Source of the DNA: Leptolyngbya sp. BL-A-14
Lineage (GTDB): Bacteria > Cyanobacteriota > Cyanobacteriia > Leptolyngbyales > Leptolyngbyaceae
Length of the DNA stretch: 64,000 nucleotides
Reading direction: 5' to 3'
Assembly (NCBI GenBank): GCA_041937185.1
Contig: CP166621.1
Location: 2,324,571-2,388,570, forward strand
Numbering within the stretch: position 1 is the first letter of the stretch; the number at the start of each line of letters is the position of its first letter. The notes under the pieces are model-generated. The model was given only the letters and a program-made list of their open reading frames with translations, was not told the origin of the DNA and did no database searches. The translations under genes and the position numbers were made by a program. Of the stretch, positions 19,834 to 29,848 are shown piece by piece.

Positions 19834-21081
19834 CTAAAGACGACTGAGATCCTGCGGCTGCCCGCATTGCTTACAGTGGGGCAAATGTTTGTACGTCAGT
19901 TCGTGACAGTTCTGACATTCCATATACTGGTCATAGCCACAGTGCGGGCAGTAGTGGTCGTGGTGTCGAATGCTTTTGGCACAGCGAAGGCAGCGCGATC
20001 GCTGGACTCGGACAGAGGCTTGCCCCTTGGGGTTAAAAACAAAGCGCTGAAAGAACTTAATCATGCCAAACCCAATGACGGGAATCAGCAAGATGTAGAG
20101 ATAGCTAACCAGAAACAGGAGACCACTAAAAAGAGCCGTAAGGACATCGACAAGCAGTCGAAAGAGTACGCCAACCTGAAGAAACTCAAAGACCTTGAAG
20201 ACCAGCGGAATCAGAAAGATGACCAGTAAATGCCAGCTAATCAGCGCAACAAGTCCATACCCCTTGCGTTGAGCAAATTGGTGCACCACAAAAGCGATGA
20301 AGAGGAGTGGCAAGAGGAAAAGGGCTTGAAACGCAAATTGAATGCTGGGATACCAAAAAGAAGCTTGTTGATAGCCTTTTTCAACCGTATTAAATTGATC
20401 ATTATTGTTCAGAAGCGCCAGCCAGGCGGCTACTTCTGGTCGTGGAAAAAGCTCTTTTTTCAGTGTGGAAACGTCGCTTTCCAGTGTAGAAATCAGGCGT
20501 TTGTTTTGTTCTAATGTTTGTTTTGCTTTCTCCGCCCCAACCGTATTGATGGATTGATCACGTGGCTGACCCGCAATCTTTTCGAGCAGCGTAGAGTCGT
20601 ATTGAGTGCGGATGGTTTGATTGGATTGCTCAAGCTGATCAATCTTTGTTTCTTTTTGCCTGATGGTCGTTAAAAGCTGTTGATTAGCAGGAGTGATCAA
20701 GGCATCTTTAGACGTGGCATAAGCTAAACACGCTTCAGAAACCTTGCTCAGATGCCCTTGCTCAACCCGTTGATAAGACTGTCGAAACCCAGATCCGGTA
20801 AAACGATCGCCCGACACAGCCATACGAACAGATTCGTAGTCTTTAGCATTCGTTGTCTGGGTGCGATAGCTTTGCCATTCGGCATAACAAGGGTACGTCT
20901 GGGATGGACCAAGATGCCACTGACCAATGTCATCTAGCCCTATAAAAACATTAACCAGGATAAAAATATCAATCAGAATCAGAACAATCAGACTGACTTT
21001 ATTCAGTGGTTCATTCTTAATCGTTCCCGATTTACTAAAGAAGCGATTTAAGAGTCGTCGAAACCTGGAAAACATTATCAT
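19834..21081 (-). CDS. hypothetical multi-TM protein with a central coiled-coil region and a C-terminal double zinc-ribbon
   Basis: 415 aa; C-terminal CLRC…CPHCGYDQYMECQNCHE…CKQCG; somewhat AT-rich. Confidence 0.6.
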   Translation of the reverse strand: MIMFSRFRRLLNRFFSKSGTIKNEPLNKVSLIVLILIDIFILVNVFIGLDDIGQWHLGPSQTYPCYAEWQSYRTQTTNAKDYESVRMAVSGDRFTGSGFRQSYQRVEQGHLSKVSEACLAYATSKDALITPANQQLLTTIRQKETKIDQLEQSNQTIRTQYDSTLLEKIAGQPRDQSINTVGAEKAKQTLEQNKRLISTLESDVSTLKKELFPRPEVAAWLALLNNNDQFNTVEKGYQQASFWYPSIQFAFQALFLLPLLFIAFVVHQFAQRKGYGLVALISWHLLVIFLIPLVFKVFEFLQVGVLFRLLVDVLTALFSGLLFLVSYLYILLIPVIGFGMIKFFQRFVFNPKGQASVRVQRSRCLRCAKSIRHHDHYCPHCGYDQYMECQNCHELTYKHLPHCKQCGQPQDLSRL

Positions 21082-21613
21082 CTATCCTTCTGACAAGTGA
21101 ATGCATCGAGCTGAGGAAGCATGTGATAGTTTGCCCACTATCCTTGCTCAAATTTGATTGGGAATCTTTCGATCGCACGAATTCAAGCACAAGGATTTTA
21201 ACTCCATCGTCGGAAGCAACCGAAACGACTAACGTTCCTCCGCAATAGCTGACCGGTGCCCTAACATCAATAAGCCCCGATCGCAGCCGCACTCTCCCCA
21301 GCATGACCGATGCCGCTAGACGCGAGAGGGCGCTCTTAGCACGATCGAGTTAAGGGCGATCAAGCAAAGCTGTAATTATCCTCATTACAGCTCCAGAGTG
21401 GGCTAGCGGGTTTCCGAGAAGCGGTGTGAAAAATTTACACTTGGTGTACGGGCAACACACAGCTACAGCCTTTTCATCTAAAATCAAGCTGAAAGCACGA
21501 TTATCCTCCAAGCCTGTCCCATGCTTACGTCTACAGATTTCAGCGGGCTGATCAATCAGCGATTTGTGCAAAATTTCCTTCCCATTCCCGCGACGAACTC
21601 GTTAGCGAAGGGG

Positions 21614-22063
21614 ATGATCACACCCAATTTTGAGTTGACCGACATCACCAATGGGCGAACAGTAAACCTGGCTGATTTTCGTCGCCGCCGGCCTGTAGTG
21701 CTTGCCTTTACGCGCATCTTTACCGAAAAGCAGTACTGTCCATTTTGCTTTCCGCACATTAAAGCGCTGAACGAGCAATACGAAGAGTTTCTCGATCGCG
21801 ACGTGGAACTCCTGATGATTACCAGCACTGATCCACGGCAGAGCAAAAAGGTGATTCAAGATCTTGGCTTAAAAATGCCGCTCTTAAGTGACCCAAGCTG
21901 CACCACCTTTCGGGCATATCAGACGGGACAAGCACTTGGGGCACCGCTTCCGGCTCAGTTTGTGCTGAACAAGGTCGGGCAATTGCGCTACAAGCACCTC
22001 TTTTCATTTCTCGATCACAATGCCAGTATTGAGACGATGTTGAAGGCTGTCGATCGACTCTAG
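21614..22063 (+). CDS. peroxiredoxin / redoxin (AhpC/TSA-Bcp-like)
   Basis: CPFC active-site motif in a thioredoxin-fold context; ATG at 21614 preceded by GAAGGGG; the listed ORF starts earlier at 21521. Confidence 0.75.
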   Translation: MITPNFELTDITNGRTVNLADFRRRRPVVLAFTRIFTEKQYCPFCFPHIKALNEQYEEFLDRDVELLMITSTDPRQSKKVIQDLGLKMPLLSDPSCTTFRAYQTGQALGAPLPAQFVLNKVGQLRYKHLFSFLDHNASIETMLKAVDRL

Positions 22064-22126
22064 AACGTAACCCATTGAAAACAGATTGTGCGTTGAGCGA
22101 TCGTTGCAATCAGGGCTTTAAGCAGC

Positions 22127-23101
22127 TTATTTGGGTGGCTTTTGCCAGATCACAATAATGCCTCCTTCTTTATCTTTGGTTGGCACAACGTTGATATAAA
22201 ACGAAGCATTGCCCTTCGTTGCCACATAAACGGCTCCGCCCCCATAGGGTTGGCTCTCTTCTGGAACATCAAATTGGCTGCTTTGCAAGTTGCCTTTGAT
22301 AAAGGCATCAAAAAACGTTTCAGCGGTTGTGGATGCATCTAAATTTTTTACAAACCGCGCATCAATAATATCGGAACGAAGTTGTCCCCCGGTATAAAAC
22401 AATTCGGGTTGAGTAAAACTATCCGCCGCGACTTCTTGGGCATCAACCCCCGCAAAAATTGCATCGATTTCGGGTGGTACGGCCTTAGCTTTCGTTAATT
22501 CTGCAAGCGTTAACTCTTTAGGGGAAAGCACATACAATGTCGTTCCCTTAAAAATAAAGAGATTGAGATATTGAGTCAGATTATTTCTAGAAACCTGATA
22601 AATCTTACGATCGGGTTCATCTTTTGTTAAAGCAGCCTCGTACTTTTTCGCTTTCAGCTCGGTGTTAAAAAACGTAGAAACAAGCTTGATATCATCGCTT
22701 GATTGCACACAGGCCGTTAAGTTAAAACAACCTGGCACCCCTCCCGGATATTTGGGAAAGTCTTGCCACGGGTTAGCCGTTGAATCTGGTTTTGATTCCT
22801 GGGATGGCTTTGATGGCGGTGCTGGTGGACTCACTGGCTTCGCTTGAGACGGACGAGCAAGCTTAGGCTTTTGAGGACGCAGAACTTTTGGCAGTTGCCG
22901 TGGAGCAGGCTTAGACAATTTTGACAGTTGCGTGATGCGGACACTTTTCTCTGTTGGCTTAACAGGCGGTGTTTTGTGATCAGGGGCGATCGGCAGCAAC
23001 AGCAGAAAGCCATGCAGTCCTAGCGATACGACTGTTGCTAACCAGGCCGATTTCAAAAAACGACTCGATCGCCGCCTGGATCGCTCACATTCATCAGCCA
23101 T
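22127..23101 (-). CDS. hypothetical secreted/membrane-anchored protein with a Pro/Lys-rich spacer
   Basis: TM segment then PAPRQLPKVLRPQKPKLARPSQAKPVSPPAPPSKP; the maximal ORF to 23224 starts at TTG; ATG at 23101. Confidence 0.5.
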   Translation of the reverse strand: MADECERSRRRSSRFLKSAWLATVVSLGLHGFLLLLPIAPDHKTPPVKPTEKSVRITQLSKLSKPAPRQLPKVLRPQKPKLARPSQAKPVSPPAPPSKPSQESKPDSTANPWQDFPKYPGGVPGCFNLTACVQSSDDIKLVSTFFNTELKAKKYEAALTKDEPDRKIYQVSRNNLTQYLNLFIFKGTTLYVLSPKELTLAELTKAKAVPPEIDAIFAGVDAQEVAADSFTQPELFYTGGQLRSDIIDARFVKNLDASTTAETFFDAFIKGNLQSSQFDVPEESQPYGGGAVYVATKGNASFYINVVPTKDKEGGIIVIWQKPPK

Positions 23102-23513
23102 AGCCGGATAAGGCACAGTTTCAAGCGAAACTATTTTCTCGTCTGGTGTTGATGGACGATCACGATCGCAAGAGGCTACCGAGTCAGATATAGAATCAGG
23201 TAAGGACAACTTAATTACTAGCAAAGAAACAGCAGAAAGGTTTTTGGATTAAGCGGTTAATCCTCTAGAGAGCAGTGCAGTAATTTGCTTGCAGGCCTTA
23301 AAGAATGAGAATTAAATAACATCGGTTTTGCAGGTTGAGTTGAGGCACGAAACCTAACATCTCCAGGGTGTATAGCCTACTCTCCAAGAAGTAAGTTACA
23401 GCATGGCTATGCTAAAGGTTTCGCCAAGCTCAATCCAATCGATCCAGGTGATTTAATTGACGATCCTAAGTTGCACTGCTCTTAGATAGAAGAATGGTAG
23501 AGATTACGCGTGA

Positions 23514-24683
23514 TTAACGAGGGCTACTTTGAATTTGGTCAAAGATACCACCGTCATCAAAAAACTTTTTCTGAATCGTGTCCCAACCGCCAAAATCCTT
23601 CACGGTATAAAGCTTATTCACTTTGGGAAACTTTTTATCCACTTCCTTGGTGACTGTATTTGTAACGGGACGAAACCCAACTTTGGCATATTCGCGCTGG
23701 GCTTCTGGAGTGAACAGAAACTGAGCAAATGCTTCAGCAATTTTGCGAGTGCCGTGCTTGTCCACATTTTTATCAACAACTGCAACGGGGTTATCGATCG
23801 AGACGTTGCTTTGAGGCACGACGTAGAAGGAATTTGTGTTGCCTTTCTGCCCTTCTAAAATCACTTCATTTTCGTAATTGAGCAGCACATCACCCTGGCC
23901 TTTCGTAAAGAAGACATCGCTTGATTCGCGTGCATCTTTGGGCAATACGGGTGCATTTTTGTAGACCTTGGTGACAAATTCACGTGCTTGTTCCTCGGTT
24001 CCACCTGTTTGCGTGATTGCACCCCACAGCCCTAAAAAGTTCCAGCGAGCGCCACCAGATGTTTTCGGGTTTGCCGTAATCACAGTCACTCCGGGCTTCA
24101 CCAGATCTGCCCAGGTACGAATTTGTTTGGGATTTCCCTGGCGGGTCACAAGCGCAACGACTGATTTTGTGACGATCGCATCATTGGGCAGTTCCTTTTC
24201 CCACCCGGGTTGAATTAAACCCGCTTTTTCAAGCTTTTTGGTGTCTAAAGCCAGGGATAGTGTGGCGATATCGGCCTCTAAACCATCCAAAATGGCGCGA
24301 GTTTGGCTACCAGAACCACCATAGCTCGTGTTGATTGTCACGTCTTGCCCTGTCTTCTTTTTCCAGTCTGCTTCAAACAGGGGAATAATCTTGTCATAAG
24401 CTGCTTTCGTGACGGCGTAAGAAACGAGCAGCAGCTCAGCCTTCTTGGGATTTTGACTCAGTCGTTGCGTATTTGGTCGTGCCTCAGTCAATGGAGCGAC
24501 GTTTTTGCCTGCTGCAAACGCAGGAATCGTTGCACTCAAACCAATGCCGATCGTTAGCAACATTGCTGTCGCGCTGCTTAAGCCTCGCTGTAGGGGGTAA
24601 TGACTCAGTGCTAGGGTGCTCAAACGGCGTGGGGCTGTACTTGGTGCGAATGTATCGTTTGCTTTCGGCGAATGCTGTCTCAT
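23514..24683 (-). CDS. sbpA: sulfate/thiosulfate ABC transporter substrate-binding protein
   Basis: 389 aa with signal peptide; Sbp/CysP-family motifs (…TSYGGSGSQTRAI…GARWNFLGLWG…). Confidence 0.8.
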   Translation of the reverse strand: MRQHSPKANDTFAPSTAPRRLSTLALSHYPLQRGLSSATAMLLTIGIGLSATIPAFAAGKNVAPLTEARPNTQRLSQNPKKAELLLVSYAVTKAAYDKIIPLFEADWKKKTGQDVTINTSYGGSGSQTRAILDGLEADIATLSLALDTKKLEKAGLIQPGWEKELPNDAIVTKSVVALVTRQGNPKQIRTWADLVKPGVTVITANPKTSGGARWNFLGLWGAITQTGGTEEQAREFVTKVYKNAPVLPKDARESSDVFFTKGQGDVLLNYENEVILEGQKGNTNSFYVVPQSNVSIDNPVAVVDKNVDKHGTRKIAEAFAQFLFTPEAQREYAKVGFRPVTNTVTKEVDKKFPKVNKLYTVKDFGGWDTIQKKFFDDGGIFDQIQSSPR

Positions 24684-24953
24684 GGATCAAAAAGCTCCTT
24701 GCTCTCACTTGATTGAAATACAGTAAGTTGATCGAATTACCGTATTTAACTCGCGTCAAATAAGAGAATGTCATGCCGTGGGAGGAAAATCAAGCCTTAA
24801 TGGCTAAAAAGATCTAAAAATCCATCGACATAGTGGAGTATAAGTGTAAAGCCGCACTCAATCAAGCCTCGATCGCCTATGCGACTGGCTTTTTGCGGTT
24901 ATGCAAGAGGCAAGGTAGTATCGCCAGCGAAAAAGCGCTAAATCCCATGTCGG

Positions 24954-25478
24954 TTAGACGGGTGAATAGCGTCGGTGTAGTCTCAGCCAGCGCAACAACC
25001 GCATCCAAAGTCTTGCAGGTTGGTCAAAAAAGGTAAAAATATCACCAAACCCCAGGTTAGTTTTTTGATGGTGTAGCCAGTGTTGCTCTGGTGTCGTGAT
25101 GAAGAGCATTTGACACAGCCACACGATCGGCCTGGGTGTTTGCCAGCCCAAGGCGCTAACGTGTCGCCACCACACATGAAACTGCCCGAACAGGAGGCCA
25201 CCAATGACGCCGATCGGTGAGCAAGACCACAACGCTACAGCAACCAATAAATACGGCAATGCTCCCAAAAGACCGTCCAGTAGCACCTGCCAGCTAAGCG
25301 TCAAAATGGCGTAGTGACGAAACGTTTTTTTAGCAGAATGGTGGGTTTTGAGATGAAGGCGACCAAAAACGTGCTCTGGGACGTGATAGCAGAAAGTCGA
25401 TAAAAAATCGCCAAGCACCAGCAACAACCAGGCAACTAATAGTTGACCCAAGAGCATACGCGCGATCGCCTCAAGCAT
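24954..25478 (-). CDS. fatty-acid hydroxylase / sterol desaturase superfamily membrane protein
   Basis: His boxes HVPEH, HHSAKK, HWLHH; ATG at 25478 with AAGGAG 6 nt upstream; the listed ORF is over-extended. Confidence 0.7.
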   Translation of the reverse strand: MLEAIARMLLGQLLVAWLLLVLGDFLSTFCYHVPEHVFGRLHLKTHHSAKKTFRHYAILTLSWQVLLDGLLGALPYLLVAVALWSCSPIGVIGGLLFGQFHVWWRHVSALGWQTPRPIVWLCQMLFITTPEQHWLHHQKTNLGFGDIFTFFDQPARLWMRLLRWLRLHRRYSPV

Positions 25479-25794
25479 GGAAAACTCCTTCCACCGATGT
25501 AAAGTAGCGTGGTCAAATTTGGAACATTTGCGTGTCCGTAGTTGGCTTGAAAAGCATACGGTTTCTAGCCCATCAAGCTTTAGTTTGATGAGAGCTAGCT
25601 TGCTTCCAAGCCCATCTCTTGTTAACACCTCTGATCCAAATTCGCGTGTAGCCTACAGCACGCACCCTCAGCACGACAATTTCTTTTTAATGCTCTAAAG
25701 CAGGCAGATCACGGCGTTGCGCGTACAGTTGCATTGCAGATATTCTCATTCTCCGGTAGATAAACTGTAGATTAAACGTTTTCGTTATATCTCT

Positions 25795-26523
25795 TTACGA
25801 AATAAACGATAGAAGGGCTTCAGCCGTTGCGTGAGGTTGCTCCAGGTGCGGCACATGCCCTGCTTGCTTGATCCAAAACAGTTGGCTACGAGCGATCGCC
25901 TGCTGAAACTTGCTGGCATCTTCAAGACCCAGCACATCATCCTGTTCGCCCCAAAGGATCAACGTCGGTGGGTGAAGCTGGGCAATGCGTTGGTTCAAGT
26001 TGGCGTAACCACCGCATTTTGTGAAGCTGATGATGGATTCGTGCCAACCCGGCATTGTCTGGTGCAGTAGGGAACAACGCACGGTATCAATCAGCTTTAA
26101 GTCGGGATTCTTACTTGCCATTAACACCTGTAACGCCACCTGCTTGCGCACAGCCAACCACCGTGCTGCAACGTAATCGATCGGTGGGAACAGCCATTGT
26201 CCAATGGGAAAACTACCTGAGAACCCAACGCTGTCAATCAAAACCAGTTTGCTAACACACTGGGGGTAAGCCAACGCAAAGTCGATCGCAACCGCGCCTC
26301 CCAAAGAGGCACCCACGAGAATCATCGGCTGATGCATCAATTGCTGCCAGGTTGCATAAAGATGCTGTCGAATGGTGATCGGGTTCACAGCCACATTGGG
26401 TGGTCGTTCTGTGAACCCAAACCCTAGCCAATCGACTGCCCATACCTCATGCTGCCCTGCTAATAGCGGCAAGAAGGAACGAAACTCCAGCAGCGAACTG
26501 TCAAAGCCGTGCAGCAGTAGCAT
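25795..26523 (-). CDS. alpha/beta hydrolase; the true N-terminus probably extends upstream of the first ATG
   Basis: …MLLLHGF…GASLGGAV… nucleophile elbow; the in-frame upstream codons QAIQTAYWSQGDGPP look like native hydrolase sequence but contain no ATG/GTG/TTG before the stop at 26629-26631. Confidence 0.7.
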   Translation of the reverse strand: MLLLHGFDSSLLEFRSFLPLLAGQHEVWAVDWLGFGFTERPPNVAVNPITIRQHLYATWQQLMHQPMILVGASLGGAVAIDFALAYPQCVSKLVLIDSVGFSGSFPIGQWLFPPIDYVAARWLAVRKQVALQVLMASKNPDLKLIDTVRCSLLHQTMPGWHESIISFTKCGGYANLNQRIAQLHPPTLILWGEQDDVLGLEDASKFQQAIARSQLFWIKQAGHVPHLEQPHATAEALLSFIS

Positions 26524-26736
26524 TGGCGGCCCATCGCCTTGAGACCAATACGCTGTTTGGATGGCCTGTTGCGCGAGTGGCGTGGAAATCGCTGCACGTC
26601 TAGCTTTGCAACGGCGATCGAGGCAGGTTCAGTCAGCAACTCCGCTTCAGGCGGCATAAAATCAAGAGACATACACCAAATTCTGGCACCAAATTCTGGA
26701 TGTACACGGTTTGCGACCAGGAGTGTGAAGGGCACG

Positions 26737-27963
26737 ATGACAACAGTACCAGACGTAATTCGACAAAGCGACTTGCTCAACCAATTGGTTCTCGATCGCA
26801 CCACGATGGAAGAGTTGGGGCGAGTCGAAGTGATGTGGATGTATCCTTCTGCTCACAAAGTATTGGGGTTTGTCTGCAAAGCAGGCGCGTTTGGCGCGAA
26901 AAAAACGGCGTTCAAACTGACGCAAATCAGCACCTTAGGCGCAAACGGCATTTTGACGCATAACCAGCCTGAAGAGACGGATGCAACCAAAGTACGCCAA
27001 TTGGAAACATTGCTTCAGTGTGAAGTGTGGAGCGATACGGGCAACAAAATTGGCAAAATTACGGATTACCTCTTTAATCTCAAGACGGGCGCGATAACTC
27101 ACTATTTACTGGCGTCTAGCGGTTGGGCAGGTATTGCAGGCGATTTCTACCAGCTACCACCGACGCAGATTCTGAGCATTGGGCGTAAGCGAGTGCTTGT
27201 GACTGAGGCAGCCGGTCAAGCCCTGGAAATGTATCAAAGCGGCATCAAGCAGGTTCTTACGAAAGCAACATCGGTACTCAAAGAAGATTATAGTCAGGCA
27301 ACCGAAGAGCTGCGATCGCTCTCCAAACAAGCCCAAACCGTTACAGAGCAAGCAAAAGGCCGCTTTCAAAGCTTAACGGGTCAGCTAAAAGAACGTGCGC
27401 GATCGCTCTCTCAGCAAGCCCAGGAAACCATTCAAAGCATCAACGAGCAGCTTCAGGAAGAAGCCCAAACGATCGCGGAACAGGCGAAGGAACGCAGCCA
27501 GGTTATTGCCGAACGGATGAAAGAACGCAGCCAGACCTTTGGCGAACACTTTGAAGATGGCATTTACAGCCTGGGTGAGCAGGTTGAAGACGGTATCCAA
27601 ACATTAACGGTTCAGGCAAAAGAGATCCTTGAGCCTGCCATAACTGACCATTCTGCGACATCAACGTCTGTGCAGCCACCTACAGCTTCGCCCCTTCAAC
27701 CCACAGATCCTTCAGATTCGGCCAAGCCACCAACAAGTCCTGAAGCCTCTTCTGCTGAAGCCTCTTATATGGATGACGTAGAGTTTGACGAAACAGACTT
27801 AACCGACGACGAACCCTGGATTGACGATGAGCCCTGGATAGAGGAGACGATCGCCCCTCCGACAGCGGTAAGCGAACTACCCAAACGTGACCCCATTCAT
27901 CACCCCAAGCCTGAGGCGAAAGCCGTTCAGCCTGATGATGACGATGATGAACCCTGGATTTAG
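26737..27963 (+). CDS. PRC-barrel domain protein with a coiled-coil and an acidic C-terminal tail carrying repeated DDEPWI motifs
   Basis: MTTVPDVIRQSDLLNQLVLDRTTMEELGRVEV… is PRC-barrel-like; ATG at 26737 with GGAG upstream; …DDEPWIDDEPWIEE…DDDDDEPWI. Confidence 0.7.
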   Translation: MTTVPDVIRQSDLLNQLVLDRTTMEELGRVEVMWMYPSAHKVLGFVCKAGAFGAKKTAFKLTQISTLGANGILTHNQPEETDATKVRQLETLLQCEVWSDTGNKIGKITDYLFNLKTGAITHYLLASSGWAGIAGDFYQLPPTQILSIGRKRVLVTEAAGQALEMYQSGIKQVLTKATSVLKEDYSQATEELRSLSKQAQTVTEQAKGRFQSLTGQLKERARSLSQQAQETIQSINEQLQEEAQTIAEQAKERSQVIAERMKERSQTFGEHFEDGIYSLGEQVEDGIQTLTVQAKEILEPAITDHSATSTSVQPPTASPLQPTDPSDSAKPPTSPEASSAEASYMDDVEFDETDLTDDEPWIDDEPWIEETIAPPTAVSELPKRDPIHHPKPEAKAVQPDDDDDEPWI

Positions 27964-27984
27964 CCTATAGCCAGGTTTCGCCCG

Positions 27985-29805
27985 TTGAATCTACTTCTTT
28001 GGGTAGATGACAGCCAAATTGTATTCCCTTTCGACAAAACTTATAATGAAGATTATGTCTTAGGCAAAATCATGCGTTTTGCCATCTTTAATCGTGAACG
28101 AATGAACGAACGTGCTGCTGACCAGATTGAGACTGATCGCGTTGAAAAGGATGTTTTAAAGGATCTCTTTGCCAGTAGCGGAGAAATGGGCAGACGCATA
28201 CAGGCATTCAACTGGGCGGACACTGCAATCGGGCCAGCCGAAACCTGGTCTCAAAGCCTTCAAATCGCATTACAGATTTTGCTGCTCTCCAAGTTCCCCA
28301 TGCAGATCTTGTGGGGTAAGGAGTATGTTCAGTTTTATAACGATGCTTATATTGCGATCGCAGGTAATAAGCACCCCACCGCACTGGGACAGCGAGGCGA
28401 GGACTGTTGGCGAGAAGTGTGGGACTTTGCTGGGCCACTGCTTGATCAGGTGATGACGACTGGGACGGCAACGTGGTCTGAAGACCAACTTCTGGTTTTA
28501 AATCGCTATGGCTCTCCAGAGGAATGTTATTTCACCTTTTCCTACACCCCAATTTGGGAAAAATCTGGCAAAGTTGGGGGCATTTTTATTGCCGTCAATG
28601 AAACGACCCAGAAGATTTTGAGTGCACGTCGTGAACGAGAATTACGGCTGGAAACCCAAGCCGCAATGGAAGCTGCCGAGAGAGCAAACCATCTCAAGGA
28701 TCAGTTTCTCGCAGTCCTTTCCCACGAATTGCGATCGCCCTTAAATCCCATCTTAGGCTGGACTTCGTTGCTATTGAACCGTGAGCTTGATGCCGATACA
28801 ACCCGGCGTGGACTAGAGGCGATCGAGCGTAATGCTCGTTTGCAAGCACAAATGATTGATGACTTGCTGGATGTTTCGCGTATCTTGCGAGAGAAGCTTG
28901 CCCTGACGATCGCGCCTGTCTACCTTATTCCCATCATTGAAGATGCGATTGAAACGGTGCAGGCGACGGCAACGTCCAAAGGCATTCCAATTCACACTCA
29001 GTTCGATCGTGCTCCACTGCAAATGATGGGAGATGCCAATCGTCTTAAGCAATTGATCTGGAATTTACTCTCCAACGCTGTTAAGTTTACGCCTTCGGGT
29101 GGGCAAGTAACCGTTCGGTTAACCTACACGGATACGTCTGCTTTACTGCAAGTCAGTGATACAGGTAAGGGCATTTCCGCTGACTTTCTGCCGCACGTTT
29201 TTGATCATTTTCGGCAGGAAGACAGTACAACGACGCGAGTGTTTGGTGGGCTGGGCTTAGGGTTGGCGATCGCGAAACAGATCGCAGACATGCATGAAGG
29301 CAGCATCCAGGCAGAAAGCCTTGGTGAAGGAGCGGGCGCTACGTTTACAGTTAAGCTGCCTCTCCCGACTCACGCTGCAGTAGCGATTGAACAAGCAAAG
29401 GAGTCTCCTCACAGCGAAGGGCTCCAAGCTTTGCAGGTGTTAGTGGTTGAAGATGAAGTAGACAATCGTGAACTGCTTGTCTTCACGCTGAAAATGTATG
29501 GCGCAACTGTTACAGCCGTTGCATCAGCCGCCGACGCGATCAAGCAGCTTTCGCAATGCCAGCCGGATGTGATTATTAGCGACATTGGCATGGCTGAAAT
29601 CGACGGCTATACGCTCATACAATCCCTTCGGGAAAACCCTCAAACGAACCACATCCCTGCGATCGCGCTCACGGCCTATGTGGGTGAGGCCGACCAGCAG
29701 CAGGCATTGAAAGCAGGTTTTCAAGCCCATCTGCCCAAGCCAATGGATCCCATACAGTTGGTGGAAACGATCTTGAAAGTCATGTCATCCAGCCGAGCAA
29801 CCTGA
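27985..29805 (+). CDS. hybrid sensor histidine kinase (PAS/GAF-like sensor, HisKA, HATPase_c, C-terminal receiver)
   Basis: H-box SHELRSPLNPI; G-boxes GGLGLGLAI; C-terminal REC (…VVEDEVDN…ISDIGMAEIDGY…). Confidence 0.85.
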   Translation: MNLLLWVDDSQIVFPFDKTYNEDYVLGKIMRFAIFNRERMNERAADQIETDRVEKDVLKDLFASSGEMGRRIQAFNWADTAIGPAETWSQSLQIALQILLLSKFPMQILWGKEYVQFYNDAYIAIAGNKHPTALGQRGEDCWREVWDFAGPLLDQVMTTGTATWSEDQLLVLNRYGSPEECYFTFSYTPIWEKSGKVGGIFIAVNETTQKILSARRERELRLETQAAMEAAERANHLKDQFLAVLSHELRSPLNPILGWTSLLLNRELDADTTRRGLEAIERNARLQAQMIDDLLDVSRILREKLALTIAPVYLIPIIEDAIETVQATATSKGIPIHTQFDRAPLQMMGDANRLKQLIWNLLSNAVKFTPSGGQVTVRLTYTDTSALLQVSDTGKGISADFLPHVFDHFRQEDSTTTRVFGGLGLGLAIAKQIADMHEGSIQAESLGEGAGATFTVKLPLPTHAAVAIEQAKESPHSEGLQALQVLVVEDEVDNRELLVFTLKMYGATVTAVASAADAIKQLSQCQPDVIISDIGMAEIDGYTLIQSLRENPQTNHIPAIALTAYVGEADQQQALKAGFQAHLPKPMDPIQLVETILKVMSSSRAT

Positions 29806-29848
29806 ACCTTCGTGAGCGTGATTGGCAGGAATCAATAGCGTTCAACAA

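Noticed and set aside
21035-21571. Two minus-strand ORFs (89 and 73 aa) upstream of the peroxiredoxin gene
   Set aside because: No motifs; they overlap the promoter region and 5' end of neighbouring genes and are likely spurious
26539-26736. N-terminal 66-aa extension of the PRC-barrel ORF
   Set aside because: Overlaps the N-terminus of the convergently annotated hydrolase; the internal ATG at 26737 has a GGAG RBS and yields a typical MTT… PRC-barrel start
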